Translations under genes and position numbers: made by a program
In this document: positions 1-9,680 of the stretch, one piece after another
Position numbering within the stretch: position 1 is the first letter of the stretch
How the letters are laid out: each line of letters starts with the position of its first letter
Assembly: GCA_963719225.1 (NCBI GenBank)
Contig: CAVRAY010000002.1
Span: 390,077-454,076, forward strand
From: Thermoanaerobaculia bacterium
Lineage (GTDB): Bacteria > Acidobacteriota > Thermoanaerobaculia > UBA5066
Direction: 5' to 3'
Length of the DNA stretch: 64,000 nucleotides
The notes under the pieces: generated by a model
The model's database searches: none
Seen by the model: the letters and a program-made list of their open reading frames with translations, nothing else
What the model was told of the DNA's origin: nothing

Positions 1-17
1 TCAAGGAGGAAGAATAG

Positions 18-2981
18 ATGCGCCGATTCCTGGTTCCTCTCTCTCTCTCTCTGCTCCTTCTCGGCGCGCTCGGGGCCTTCGCCCAGGGCGTCACGAACGC
101 GACTCTGCGCGGTCGCGTGACGAACGAAGGGCAGGGCCTTCCCGGTGTCGTCGTCTCGATCAAGTCCCCGGCCCTGCAAGGGACCCGCGCGGCCCCGACG
201 TCGGCGAACGGCGACTTCGTCTTTCCGGGCCTGCCGCCGGGCGAGTACACGGTCACCTTCACGCTGCAGGGCTTCAAGACCGAGGCGCGGACGGTGCCCC
301 TGACGGTCGGGCAGGAGGCGCGGCTCGACGCGGTCCTGAGCCTCGCGGGCGTCGAGGCCGCCGCCACGGTCGTCGCGAAGTCCGAGACCGTCTCGACGTC
401 GACGCCGCAGGCGGCCCAGACGTTCACGAAAGAGCTCACGGACGCGCTGCCGGTCACGCGCTCGCTGCTTTCGTCCGTCGCGCTCTCGGCGGGCGTGAAC
501 ACGAACGGCCCCGGCTCGAGCGACCGCATCGGGAACGGCGTGGCGCCCGTCGTCACGATCTCGGGCGGACAGTCCTTCGACAACCTCTTCACGGTGGACG
601 GCGCCGTCGTGACGGACAACGTCCGCGGCACGCCGAACAACCTCTTCATCGAAGACGCGATCGCCGAGACGACGACGTCGACGTCCACCGTCTCAGCCGA
701 GTTCGGACGCTTCACGGGCGGCGTCGTGAACACCGTGACGAAGTCCGGAGGAAACAGCTTCAGCGGCTCGTTCCGGACGACCTTCACGAACGCGGCCTGG
801 TCCGCGACGACGCCCGCGAACGAGGCGACCCCGCAAAAGCTGAATCCGCAATACGAAGCCACCCTCGGCGGGCCGATCTGGAAAGACCACGTCTGGTTCT
901 TCGGCTCCGGCCGCTACTTCGACCAGACGGCTTCGGGCCAGACGACCTTCACGAACATCTCGTACCCGGTCGGCGACACGGAGAAGCGCTACCAGGGGAA
1001 GCTCACGCTGACGCCGGTTGCGAACCACACGATCTCGGGGAACTACCTTCACGTCGACGAGGAGCAGACGAACTCGTCCTTCTGCCCCACGGGCTGTCTC
1101 GACCTCGACAGCCTCGTTCCGGCGCGCCAGCTTCCGCAGGAGATCCTGACCGTCAACTACAACGGCGTCCTCTCGAACTCGTTCTTCGTCGAAGGCCTCT
1201 ATTCGCGCCGGAAGTTCACGTTCGAGAACGCGGGCTCCCCGTACACGGACCTCATCAAGGGAACGATCATCCGCGACCTCTCGCGCAGCCGGGCGCGATA
1301 CAACTCGCCGACATTCTGCGGCGTCTGCGATCCCGAGTCCCGCGACAACCGGGACTACCTGGTCAAGGGCACGTGGTTCCTCTCCACGGGCTCCCTCGGC
1401 TCCCACAACATCGTCTCGGGCTACGACAACTTCTCGGGCCAGAGGAAGGCGAACAACTACCAGTCCGGGAGCAACTACCGTCTCTTCGTGACGAACACGC
1501 TCATCACGAACAACGATCTCTTCCCGGTCGTCGACTCGCACTCCTACGTCTACTACACGCCGATCTTCAACCTGAGCAAGGGGACGGACGCGCTCACGCA
1601 CTCCGTCTTCGTGAACGACTCCTGGCGACTGAACGACCGGCTTTCGGTGAACCTCGGCGTCCGCTGGGACAAGAACCACGCCAAGGACTCGAACGGGGTC
1701 GTTCGCGCGGACGACAGCGCGTTCAGCCCGCGGCTCGCGGCCGCGTGGGACGTCTCGGGCAAGGGGACGCTCCGCGTGGGGGCGAGCTATGCGAAGTACG
1801 TCGGCGCGATCCAGGACAGCCTCGTGGACTCCTCGTCCGACGGCGGCTCGCCCGCGCTCTTCATCTGGTACTACGACGGCCCGGGTGCGACCCCGATCAA
1901 CGTGAACCCGGCTCCCGGCGCGCCCCTCGTGACGCGCGCGCAGGCCCTCCAGCAGGTATTCGACTGGTTTTTCTCCCAGGGCTGCCCGACCCTCTCGACC
2001 TGCAAGCTGCCGCTCGCGTACGCGAGCGTCCCCGGCCTCTCGACGAAGATCCTGAGCTCGCTGGACTCGCCCTCGACGATCGAATACGCGGCGACGGTGG
2101 CGGGGAACGTCGGTTCGTCCCTGGCCTATCGCGTCGACGTCGTGAGGCGCGAGGGCCGGGATTTCTACAACAACGTGATCAACGGCTCGACCGGGACCGG
2201 CGCCGACGAGTTCGGCAATCAGTTCGACATCGGCTTCATCAACAACTCCAACAGCGTGAAGCGGAACTACACAGGCCTTCACACGAGCCTCTCGTACCGC
2301 AGCGGATCCTTCAACGGCGGAATAAACTGGACGTGGTCCCACACGCTCGGAAACCTGAACGGCGAGACGGCGGCCTCCGGGCCCGTGCCGAACACGACCG
2401 AGGCGTACCCCGAGTTCAAGGATCCGGCCTGGAACAACCCCTACGGGTCCCTCGCGACGGACGAACGGCACCGCGTGAAGCTCTTCGCGTCGTACACCGT
2501 GCCGCTCCTGCCGGCGCGCCTCGGGTCGCTCAACGTCGCCCTCGTCCAATCGGTCGACAGCGGCATCCCGTACGGAGCCGTCGGGCTCGTGGATTCGCGG
2601 AGCTACGTGACGGGCGCTCCGAACTACATCACCCCGCCGACCTCGGTGAACTACTACTTCACGGGCCGCGATGCGTTCCGGACGGACACGATCTACCGGA
2701 CCGACCTCGCCCTGACCTTGACGACCCGGATCGCCGGCTTGGTCGAGGTCTTCGTCCAGCCGCAGGTTCTGAACGCCCTGAACCGCCACGGTCTCGTCGG
2801 CGTTTCGACGGCGGTGCGGACGGCCGTGAATTCATCCGCCTACCAGAGGTTCAACCCGTTCACGACCGTGCCGGTCCAGGGAACGAACTGGGACTACAGC
2901 CCGACGTTCGGACACGCGCGCAACAACCTCGACTACCAGCTCCCGCGGACGTTCACGATCGCCGCCGGCCTCCGCTTCTGA
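18..2981 (+). CDS. TonB-dependent-receptor-like outer-membrane protein with N-terminal carboxypeptidase-regulatory-like domain
   Basis: RBS aaggagg upstream of ATG at 18. Signal peptide MRRFLVPLSLSLLLLGALGAFAQ. N-terminal 'LRGRVTNEGQGLPGVVVSIKSPALQGTRAAPTSANGDFVFPGLPPGEYTVTFTLQGFKT' is the characteristic CarboxypepD_reg module seen on Acidobacteria-type TBDRs. Long beta-rich C-terminus ending in F. Confidence 0.75.
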   Translation: MRRFLVPLSLSLLLLGALGAFAQGVTNATLRGRVTNEGQGLPGVVVSIKSPALQGTRAAPTSANGDFVFPGLPPGEYTVTFTLQGFKTEARTVPLTVGQEARLDAVLSLAGVEAAATVVAKSETVSTSTPQAAQTFTKELTDALPVTRSLLSSVALSAGVNTNGPGSSDRIGNGVAPVVTISGGQSFDNLFTVDGAVVTDNVRGTPNNLFIEDAIAETTTSTSTVSAEFGRFTGGVVNTVTKSGGNSFSGSFRTTFTNAAWSATTPANEATPQKLNPQYEATLGGPIWKDHVWFFGSGRYFDQTASGQTTFTNISYPVGDTEKRYQGKLTLTPVANHTISGNYLHVDEEQTNSSFCPTGCLDLDSLVPARQLPQEILTVNYNGVLSNSFFVEGLYSRRKFTFENAGSPYTDLIKGTIIRDLSRSRARYNSPTFCGVCDPESRDNRDYLVKGTWFLSTGSLGSHNIVSGYDNFSGQRKANNYQSGSNYRLFVTNTLITNNDLFPVVDSHSYVYYTPIFNLSKGTDALTHSVFVNDSWRLNDRLSVNLGVRWDKNHAKDSNGVVRADDSAFSPRLAAAWDVSGKGTLRVGASYAKYVGAIQDSLVDSSSDGGSPALFIWYYDGPGATPINVNPAPGAPLVTRAQALQQVFDWFFSQGCPTLSTCKLPLAYASVPGLSTKILSSLDSPSTIEYAATVAGNVGSSLAYRVDVVRREGRDFYNNVINGSTGTGADEFGNQFDIGFINNSNSVKRNYTGLHTSLSYRSGSFNGGINWTWSHTLGNLNGETAASGPVPNTTEAYPEFKDPAWNNPYGSLATDERHRVKLFASYTVPLLPARLGSLNVALVQSVDSGIPYGAVGLVDSRSYVTGAPNYITPPTSVNYYFTGRDAFRTDTIYRTDLALTLTTRIAGLVEVFVQPQVLNALNRHGLVGVSTAVRTAVNSSAYQRFNPFTTVPVQGTNWDYSPTFGHARNNLDYQLPRTFTIAAGLRF

Positions 2982-3000
2982 CGGCCGCCGCTCCGAGGAC

Positions 3001-3036
3001 CAGGCCCCGGCCCGTGCCGGGGCCTTTTCCTTTTCC
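3001..3036 (+). terminator. Rho-independent terminator after the TBDR gene
   Basis: GC hairpin caGGCCCCGGCccgtGCCGGGGCCt followed by TTTTCCTTTTCC. Confidence 0.6.
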
Positions 3037-3072
3037 GGCAACCCCGTCCCCGCCCCGGCCGTATCCAGCCCG

Positions 3073-4263
3073 ATGGAACGTGTCTTCATCCCGTTCATGA
3101 GGGCCCTCATCCCGCGGTGGACGCAGCCCGGACTCCCAGAGCCGAAGATCGGCGATGAGCCCTTCGTGAAGACGTTCTGGACGAGGACCTCGGCGAACGT
3201 CGCGGCATGGACCGTGGCCGGCTTCTTCTTCGCGAGCCAGCTCTACTTCCTCTACCCCATCGCGTCCGGCCGCGAGATGTCGTTCTCGCGCGCGCTCCTC
3301 ATCAACCTGCCGTTCTACTACCTCTGGGCGCTCGTGACGCCCGCGATTCTCGGCGTCGCGCGACGCTTCCCGATCGAGCGGACGGGCTGGAAGAAACCCC
3401 TCCTCATCCACCTCGCCGCGTCGATGATCCTCTCGGCCGTGCAGCTCTTCCTCGCCGGCGCCGTTCTGCACGCCCTCGGCGGCGCGGCGCTGAGCCGCGC
3501 GGACTCCTTCTGGACGACGCTCGCGCAGTTCTTCCGGCTGAACTTCCACGCGAACGTCCTCACGTACTGGGCGCTCGTGGGTCTCGCCTGGGGGACCGAC
3601 ACCTACGCGAAGTACCGCGACCGCGAGCTCGCCGCGTCCCGGCTCCAGACGCAGCTCGCGCAGGCCGAGCTCTCCGCCCTCAAGATGCAGCTGCAGCCCC
3701 ACTTCCTGTTCAACACGCTCAACGCCATCGCGGCGCTGTTGAAGACGAAGCCCGACGCGGCCGAGGGCATGATCCTGCAGCTCTCGGAGTTTCTGCGCGT
3801 GACGCTGAACAACACGGGCCGGCCCGACGTCACGCTGCGCGAGGAGCTCGAGTTCCTCGAGCGCTACCTCGCGATCGAGAAGACGCGCTTCCAGGACCGC
3901 CTCTCCACGCGTTTCAGGATCCGGACCGAAGTCCTCGACGTGCGCGTCCCAAACCTCCTCCTGCAGCCTCTCGTCGAGAACGCCATCCGGCACGGGATCG
4001 CGAAGGACCGCCGCGCGGGACGCCTCGAGGTGAGCGCGACGCACGACCAGGGACGTCTGCTCCTGCGGGTGACGGACGATGGTCCGGGGGCGCCGCCCGG
4101 GCGCGTCATCGAGGGGATCGGCCTGACGAACACGCGCGAGCGCCTGCGACACCTTTACGGGGACGCGTACTCCCTCGAATACGGGAACGCTCCCGGCGGA
4201 GGGTTTCGCGTCTCTCTCTCCCTGCCGCTCGTGTCCCCCGAAAGCGATTCATCGTCCCCGTGA
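3073..4263 (+). CDS. Sensor histidine kinase, LytS/YehU family (5TM-type membrane domain + His_kinase + HATPase_c)
   Basis: N-terminal multi-TM region. H-box motif 'LQPHFLFNTLNAIAALL'. C-terminal ATPase G-box 'GIGLTNTRERLRHLYG'. Confidence 0.8.
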   Translation: MERVFIPFMRALIPRWTQPGLPEPKIGDEPFVKTFWTRTSANVAAWTVAGFFFASQLYFLYPIASGREMSFSRALLINLPFYYLWALVTPAILGVARRFPIERTGWKKPLLIHLAASMILSAVQLFLAGAVLHALGGAALSRADSFWTTLAQFFRLNFHANVLTYWALVGLAWGTDTYAKYRDRELAASRLQTQLAQAELSALKMQLQPHFLFNTLNAIAALLKTKPDAAEGMILQLSEFLRVTLNNTGRPDVTLREELEFLERYLAIEKTRFQDRLSTRFRIRTEVLDVRVPNLLLQPLVENAIRHGIAKDRRAGRLEVSATHDQGRLLLRVTDDGPGAPPGRVIEGIGLTNTRERLRHLYGDAYSLEYGNAPGGGFRVSLSLPLVSPESDSSSP

Positions 4264-4323
4264 ATCGGCGGACCGTCCCGCGAGACGCGACGCGCGCGCG
4301 TTCCGGGCCGAGATTGAGTCGCG

Positions 4324-4944
4324 ATGGCAACGCGACGAACGCTTCGGCGACTTCTTCTGGCCGCGCTCCCCTCCGTCCTTTCCTTCGCGCTTTCCGCCCC
4401 GGCCGTGAACCAGCCGCACGAGGAGTTCGCGACGGGAGACGTTCGCGCCGCGTCTGACGCGTCCCCGGAGCATCTCCTCGAGACCACGCTTCGGATGCCC
4501 GCGTACCGCCTCTGGGCGAAGGCGGGCTTCGGCGGCCCGCCGCTCGAGCTCGCGGCGTGGGTTCTCTCCGTGGACGCAAGTCACGTGCGCTGGCAGGCCT
4601 GGCCGGACGGGCGCCAGCACCTTCAGGCGCACTGGAGGGGACCGGTCCCGGCCGAGGCGGTCGCGATCGTGCATACACATCCGGCCGTGGTGGACCCGAA
4701 ACCCTCGCCGCAGGACATCGTGACCGCACGCCGCCTTGGCATCCCCGTCTACACCGTATCCCGCACGGGAATCTGGAAAGCCGGCCCGGACGGGCTGGTC
4801 GTGGCGGTCGAGGACGCGCATTGGTGGGCCGGCTGCCGCTCGGGTGCGTGCGACGAGCCGGAGCGCGATCCGGAATTCCGGAGCGCGCGCGCCGGTGGCG
4901 ACTTCGAAACCTCGAGCCGGAATCCGCGTATCGCTGAGAGATGA
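4324..4944 (+). CDS. Secreted hypothetical protein with RadC-like JAB/MPN (JAMM) motif
   Basis: Signal-peptide-like N-terminus. 'HTHPAVVDPKPSPQDIVTARRLG' closely resembles the RadC JAB core [21 protein letters not shown] (HxH..S..D), with one extra residue. Confidence 0.45.
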   Translation: MATRRTLRRLLLAALPSVLSFALSAPAVNQPHEEFATGDVRAASDASPEHLLETTLRMPAYRLWAKAGFGGPPLELAAWVLSVDASHVRWQAWPDGRQHLQAHWRGPVPAEAVAIVHTHPAVVDPKPSPQDIVTARRLGIPVYTVSRTGIWKAGPDGLVVAVEDAHWWAGCRSGACDEPERDPEFRSARAGGDFETSSRNPRIAER

Positions 4945-5723
4945 AAGGCACGATTCGGACCCTCGTCGTGGACGACGAGCCTCTGGCGCGGGAAAGACTG
5001 CGCAGCCTCCTGGCCGAGGAGCCGGAGATCGAGATCGTGGGCGAGTGCGGCGACGGCTGTCAGGCCGTTCTCGCGATCGAGGAGCTCAAGCCCGATCTCG
5101 TCTTCCTCGACGTCCAGGTGCCGAACCTCGACGGGTTTCACATCCTCGAAAGCGTCGGCGCCGATCGCATCCCGGCGGTCATCTTCGTCACGGCGTACGA
5201 CCAGTACGCGCTGCGCGCGTTCGAGGTGCGAGCCGTGGACTACGTCCTGAAGCCGTTCGGCCGCGAACGGCTCCACCAGGCGCTCGAGAAGGCCCGCGCG
5301 CAGATCACGCGCGAGAAATCGAGCGACCTCTCGGGGCAGCTCGTTGCGCTCCTCGAGGAGATGCGCCCGCCGCAGCAGCGGTACCTGAAGCGCATCATGA
5401 TCAAGGAGAGCGGACGGCTCTTCTTCCTGAGGACCGCGGACATCGACTGGGTCGAGGCTTCCGGAAACTACGTCAGGCTCCACGTTGGCGCCGAGTCCCA
5501 TCTCCTGCGAGAAACGATGAACGGGCTCGAAGGCCGCCTCGACCCGGAGCGGTTCCTGAGAATCCACCGCTCCACGATCGTGAACATCGAGCGCATCAAG
5601 GAGCTGCAGCCGTGGTTCCACGGGGACTACATCGTGATCCTCCGCGACGACCGCCAGCTCACGATGAGCGCGAGCTACCGCGAGAAGCTCGACGAGCTGC
5701 GCGGCCGGACGCTCGCCTCCTGA
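4941..5723 (+). CDS. Two-component response regulator, LytTR family (REC + LytTR DNA-binding domain)
   Basis: ATGA start/stop overlap with the upstream ORF. REC motifs VVDDEPLARERL and LVFLDVQVP. C-terminal LytTR domain (…FLRIHRSTIVNIERIKEL…). Confidence 0.9.
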   Translation: MKGTIRTLVVDDEPLARERLRSLLAEEPEIEIVGECGDGCQAVLAIEELKPDLVFLDVQVPNLDGFHILESVGADRIPAVIFVTAYDQYALRAFEVRAVDYVLKPFGRERLHQALEKARAQITREKSSDLSGQLVALLEEMRPPQQRYLKRIMIKESGRLFFLRTADIDWVEASGNYVRLHVGAESHLLRETMNGLEGRLDPERFLRIHRSTIVNIERIKELQPWFHGDYIVILRDDRQLTMSASYREKLDELRGRTLAS

Positions 5724-5754
5724 CGCCTCTCGTTCCGACACAAGGAGGTCCGAC

Positions 5755-6423
5755 ATGAACGATCGCCGGAGGTTGGCCGGCTTTTTCCTGGCCGCGTTTC
5801 TCGTCGCCGGGGCTTCGGACGCCGCCGGCGCCCCTGCCGGCTACACCCGCAACGTGGCGATCGTCCTCTACGAGGGCGTCGAGATCCTGGACTTCGCGGG
5901 CCCCACGGAGGTCTTCCAGTCTGCGTCGGGATTCGGCGAGGCTGAGGTGACGCTGACCGTCTGCACGGGCGTGTTCGCCCTGGCGAAGACTCCCCTCGTG
6001 GAGGGAAAGGCGATCACGACGTGGTACGGCGCCCTCGAGAACCTGAAGAAGGCGGCGCCGCTCTCGACCGTCCAGGCCGGGCGCCGCTTCATCGACAACG
6101 ACCGGTTCGTCACGACGGCGGGAGTCTCCGCGGGGATCGACGGGTCCCTCCACCTCGTCGCGCGCCTTCTCGGTCGGGCGATCGCCGACCGTACGGCACG
6201 CTACATGGAGTACCACTGGACCCCCGAGGCCTACCTCTCCGAGCGCTACCAGCTCCTCAATCCGAGCACGGACGCGCGCGGGCGCTCCCTCCAGCTCGCG
6301 CAGATTCACGTGGACGAAGGACGCGCCGAAGAAGCCGCGCGGATCTGCCGCGATCTGCTCGCGAAGAATCCGAAAGACGCCTCGGCTGCGGCGATCCTCG
6401 CCTCCATCGATCGAAAGAGCTGA
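5755..6423 (+). CDS. DJ-1/PfpI (ThiJ) family protein with signal peptide
   Basis: RBS aaggagg upstream. 'VAIVLYEGVEILDFAGPTEVF … LTVCTGVFALAKT … TTAGVSAGIDGSLHL' matches the DJ-1/PfpI nucleophile-elbow cysteine context. Confidence 0.55.
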   Translation: MNDRRRLAGFFLAAFLVAGASDAAGAPAGYTRNVAIVLYEGVEILDFAGPTEVFQSASGFGEAEVTLTVCTGVFALAKTPLVEGKAITTWYGALENLKKAAPLSTVQAGRRFIDNDRFVTTAGVSAGIDGSLHLVARLLGRAIADRTARYMEYHWTPEAYLSERYQLLNPSTDARGRSLQLAQIHVDEGRAEEAARICRDLLAKNPKDASAAAILASIDRKS

Positions 6424-6599
6424 CGAAAACGCGTCCGGATTTCCGGAGGAGAAGGGTCTCCGTCAGCGGCCCGGTGCCCTCCGTCCCCGGCCGGGGAGCG
6501 CCCGTCACAACACCCGTGTTCGTAGGGTTCCGCGAACGCACTCTCCACCACACGACCCGAATCCTGCAGAGGTTCGGTCGCCTTGGGAGGAGGGGTGCG

Positions 6600-9500
6600 A
6601 TGCGCCATTCACGATGTCCTTTCCTGATCCTCGTCATCGCGTTCTGCGCGGCGTTCTCGGCCGTCGCGCAGACCACCGGCGACCTCGAGGGCACCGTCGC
6701 CGACCAGAACGGGGCGCCGCTCCCCGGCGTCTCGGTGGAGCTCAAGTCGCCGCAGCTCCAGGGCACGAGAACCGCCGTGACCGACACCGCTGGCCGGTAC
6801 CGCTTTCCGGTCCTCTCCCCGGGCGTCTATTCCGTCACCGCGCAGCTGTCGGGCTTCGCGAAGGTGGAGCGCGCGGGGCTGAAGGTCTCGCTCGGCGCGA
6901 CGACCACGATTCCGATCACGATGAGCATCTCCGTCAAGGAAGAGATCGTCGTGACCTCGGAGGCGCCGGCGGTCGACACCTCGAAGACGACGATCGGGAC
7001 GACGGCGTCCCTCGACTCCATCCAGAGGCTGCCGCTCGGGCGGAACTTCGCGTCCATCGCGAGCACGGTCGCCGGGACCGGGACGGACATCTCCGGGAAC
7101 GTCACCGTGTACGGGGCCACGGGCCTCGAGAACGCCTACATCATCGACGGCGTCAACACGACGGGCGTGAAGACGGGAACCCAGGCCAAGCAGCTCAACA
7201 ACGAGTTCATCCAGGAAGTCGAGGTCAAGACCGGAGGCTACGAAGCCGAGTACGGCCGCGTTCTCGGAGGCACGATCAACGTCGTGACGAAGTCCGGCGG
7301 AAACGAGTTCCGGGGCGACGCTTTCGGCTACTACGATTCCGGATCTCTCGCGTCGAGCGACAGGCGCACGGCCGACCGGAGCGCCGCGAACCAGGGTGAG
7401 TTCTTCTCGCCGAAACGCCTCGACATCGGCGCGGATCTCGGCGGCTACTTCGTGAAGGACCGGCTCTGGTTCTTCGGAGCCTACGACCGCGTGAACCAGG
7501 ACCAGGACTACACGCGCACGCTCGCGGTGCTTCGCGACGCGGCCCAGACGAAGGTCCAGACCTCGAACACCGACACGTACCGAAACAACCTCTACTCGGG
7601 AAAGCTCACGTTCCGCCTCGGGGAGTCGAACACCATCGCGGCTTCCATCTTCGGCGATCCCGGGACGTTCAGCGGGCGCTACGACCTGACGCAGATCTCC
7701 GTCATGATCGGCTCGGACGGCGCCTGGCTCGTCGACCGGAACGTCGGCGGCTCCGACTTCTCAGGTCGCTGGGACGGCCTCTTCGGCACGAAGTTCCTCG
7801 GGCAGGCGCAGGTCGGCTACCACACGGAGAAAAGGCAGGACTCCAGTCCGCTCTCCGGCGTGCCGTACCTCGAGAAACAGCAGGCGGGCTTCCCCACGGA
7901 GTCGCTCCCCGGCTCCGGCCCCGTCTTTCTCGAAGACTCGAAATTCCAGCGCTACGTGTACCGGGCCTCCGGGACCCTGTTCGTGGGACCGCACGAGCTC
8001 AAGGCCGGCCTCGACTGGGAGCACCTGAACTCGGACTTTTCGGAATCGTACGGCGGGACTGACCGGATCCGGACGCGGCTGACGGCGGCTGGAGCGCTGA
8101 ACAACTACCAGCACCGCTATTTCGCCAAGACGCCCCTCTCCGGCGCGAACTGCCTCGGTCTCCTCGACCCGAGCGGTCCGGCGGCCTTCCCGAACTGCAC
8201 CGGATACGCGATCGCGCCGACCGTCGACAACAACCCGATCACCGACAACGTCGGCCTCTTCGCGCAGGACTCCTTCAAGGTCCTCAAGAACCTCACGATC
8301 AACGCCGGGGTCCGCTACGAGCAGCAGCGCCTCAAGGACTTCACGGGCACGACGCTCGTGAAGATCGACGACGAGTGGTCGCCGCGCCTCGGTATCGTGT
8401 GGGACTTCGCCGGGAACGGCAGGACGAAGCTCTACGCGAACTACGGCCGCTTCTACGAGGTCATTCCGCAGGACATCCAGACCCGCGCGCTCGGCAACGA
8501 GTTCATCATCTTCGCGCGCAACTCGAGCCCGACGGCGGACCCGGTCGACCTCTTCCTCGGCGCTCCCATCGTGCAGGGGGGCGAGCTCGTCCAGAACAAC
8601 CTCAAGGGCATGTACCAGGACGAGATCATCGGCGGCGTGGAAGTCGAGATCGCCAAGAACTGGGCGATCGGCATCAAGGGCATCTACCGCGGTCTCGGCC
8701 GCGTCGTCGAGGACCGCTGCGATCTCGCGATCAACCCCGACATCGCGCAGTACTTCAACCCCTCGAGTCCCGCGACCTGCGCTCTCATCAATCCCGGGCA
8801 GGGAGACGCGCTCGGGACGATCAAGGATCCTTTCGACACGACGTGCTACCCGAACGGCGAGACGGACGCGGCGGGCAACCTCGTCGCCGGGGCGCCGTGC
8901 GACTCCACGCAGCCGCGCCGTTATTTCCGCGGCCTCGAGGTGACCGCGACGCACCGCTTCTCGAACAGCTTCTACCTCCTCGCGTCGTACCTCTACTCGA
9001 AGCTCGAGGGGAATTACTCGGGCAACCTCTCGCAGACACGTGAGGGCGGCCAGGCGGATCCGAACATCAACGCCGACTTCGACTACCCCGGCCTCGTCAC
9101 GAACGCCTCCGGCCGGCTGCGCAACGACCGCACGCATCAATTCAAGGTTTCCGGCTACTACGCGTTCCCCTTCGGCCTGACGGTGGGCGCGAACGCCTTC
9201 TACAACACGGGCCGCCCGTACTCGATCCGCGGCTGTGCGTCGGACGCGGTCGCGTGCAACGCCGGGTACAGCCAGGAGGGCTACCTCGTGCCGCGCGGCT
9301 CGGCGGGCGATCTTCCCGCGGCTTACGAGGCCGACCTGCACCTCGAATACGCCTTGCGCTTCGGCAACGTCTCCGTCACGCCCATCGTCGACATCTTCAA
9401 CCTCCTCGACCGGCAGGGCGTCCTGAGCCGTGAGGAGCTCTTCAACAACACCGGCGCGACCGCCGCGAACGACCCGCGGAGCGGCATCGGCCAGCCCGGG

Positions 9501-9620
9501 TGCACGGCGCAGAACGCGAGCCTGACGAACGCCGCGTGCGCCTCGAATCCCACGTACACGAAGGACATCGGGTGGCAGAACCCGCGGGTGCTCCGTCTCG
9601 GCGCCCGCGTGTCTTTCTGA
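6600..9620 (+). CDS. TonB-dependent-receptor-like outer-membrane protein with CarboxypepD_reg N-terminal domain
   Basis: True start is an in-frame ATG at ~6600 with RBS gggaggagggg; the tabulated ORF starts at 6021 only because no stop occurs upstream. Signal peptide MRHSRCPFLILVIAFCAAFSAVAQ. 'LEGTVADQNGAPLPGVSVELKSPQLQGTRTAVTDTAGRYRFPVLSPGVYSVTAQLSGFAKV' is paralogous to the N-terminus of the protein at 18-2981. Confidence 0.75.
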   Translation: MRHSRCPFLILVIAFCAAFSAVAQTTGDLEGTVADQNGAPLPGVSVELKSPQLQGTRTAVTDTAGRYRFPVLSPGVYSVTAQLSGFAKVERAGLKVSLGATTTIPITMSISVKEEIVVTSEAPAVDTSKTTIGTTASLDSIQRLPLGRNFASIASTVAGTGTDISGNVTVYGATGLENAYIIDGVNTTGVKTGTQAKQLNNEFIQEVEVKTGGYEAEYGRVLGGTINVVTKSGGNEFRGDAFGYYDSGSLASSDRRTADRSAANQGEFFSPKRLDIGADLGGYFVKDRLWFFGAYDRVNQDQDYTRTLAVLRDAAQTKVQTSNTDTYRNNLYSGKLTFRLGESNTIAASIFGDPGTFSGRYDLTQISVMIGSDGAWLVDRNVGGSDFSGRWDGLFGTKFLGQAQVGYHTEKRQDSSPLSGVPYLEKQQAGFPTESLPGSGPVFLEDSKFQRYVYRASGTLFVGPHELKAGLDWEHLNSDFSESYGGTDRIRTRLTAAGALNNYQHRYFAKTPLSGANCLGLLDPSGPAAFPNCTGYAIAPTVDNNPITDNVGLFAQDSFKVLKNLTINAGVRYEQQRLKDFTGTTLVKIDDEWSPRLGIVWDFAGNGRTKLYANYGRFYEVIPQDIQTRALGNEFIIFARNSSPTADPVDLFLGAPIVQGGELVQNNLKGMYQDEIIGGVEVEIAKNWAIGIKGIYRGLGRVVEDRCDLAINPDIAQYFNPSSPATCALINPGQGDALGTIKDPFDTTCYPNGETDAAGNLVAGAPCDSTQPRRYFRGLEVTATHRFSNSFYLLASYLYSKLEGNYSGNLSQTREGGQADPNINADFDYPGLVTNASGRLRNDRTHQFKVSGYYAFPFGLTVGANAFYNTGRPYSIRGCASDAVACNAGYSQEGYLVPRGSAGDLPAAYEADLHLEYALRFGNVSVTPIVDIFNLLDRQGVLSREELFNNTGATAANDPRSGIGQPGCTAQNASLTNAACASNPTYTKDIGWQNPRVLRLGARVSF

Positions 9621-9643
9621 GATCGAAGAGACCTCCTGAACAC

Positions 9644-9676
9644 GGGGCCGGCCCGGCGGCCGGCCCCCCCTTTTCG
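9644..9676 (+). terminator. Rho-independent terminator between the TBDR and the convergent giant GT-C gene
   Basis: GGGGCCGGCCcggcGGCCGGCCCC hairpin followed by CCCTTTTC. Confidence 0.7.
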
Positions 9677-9680
9677 GGCT

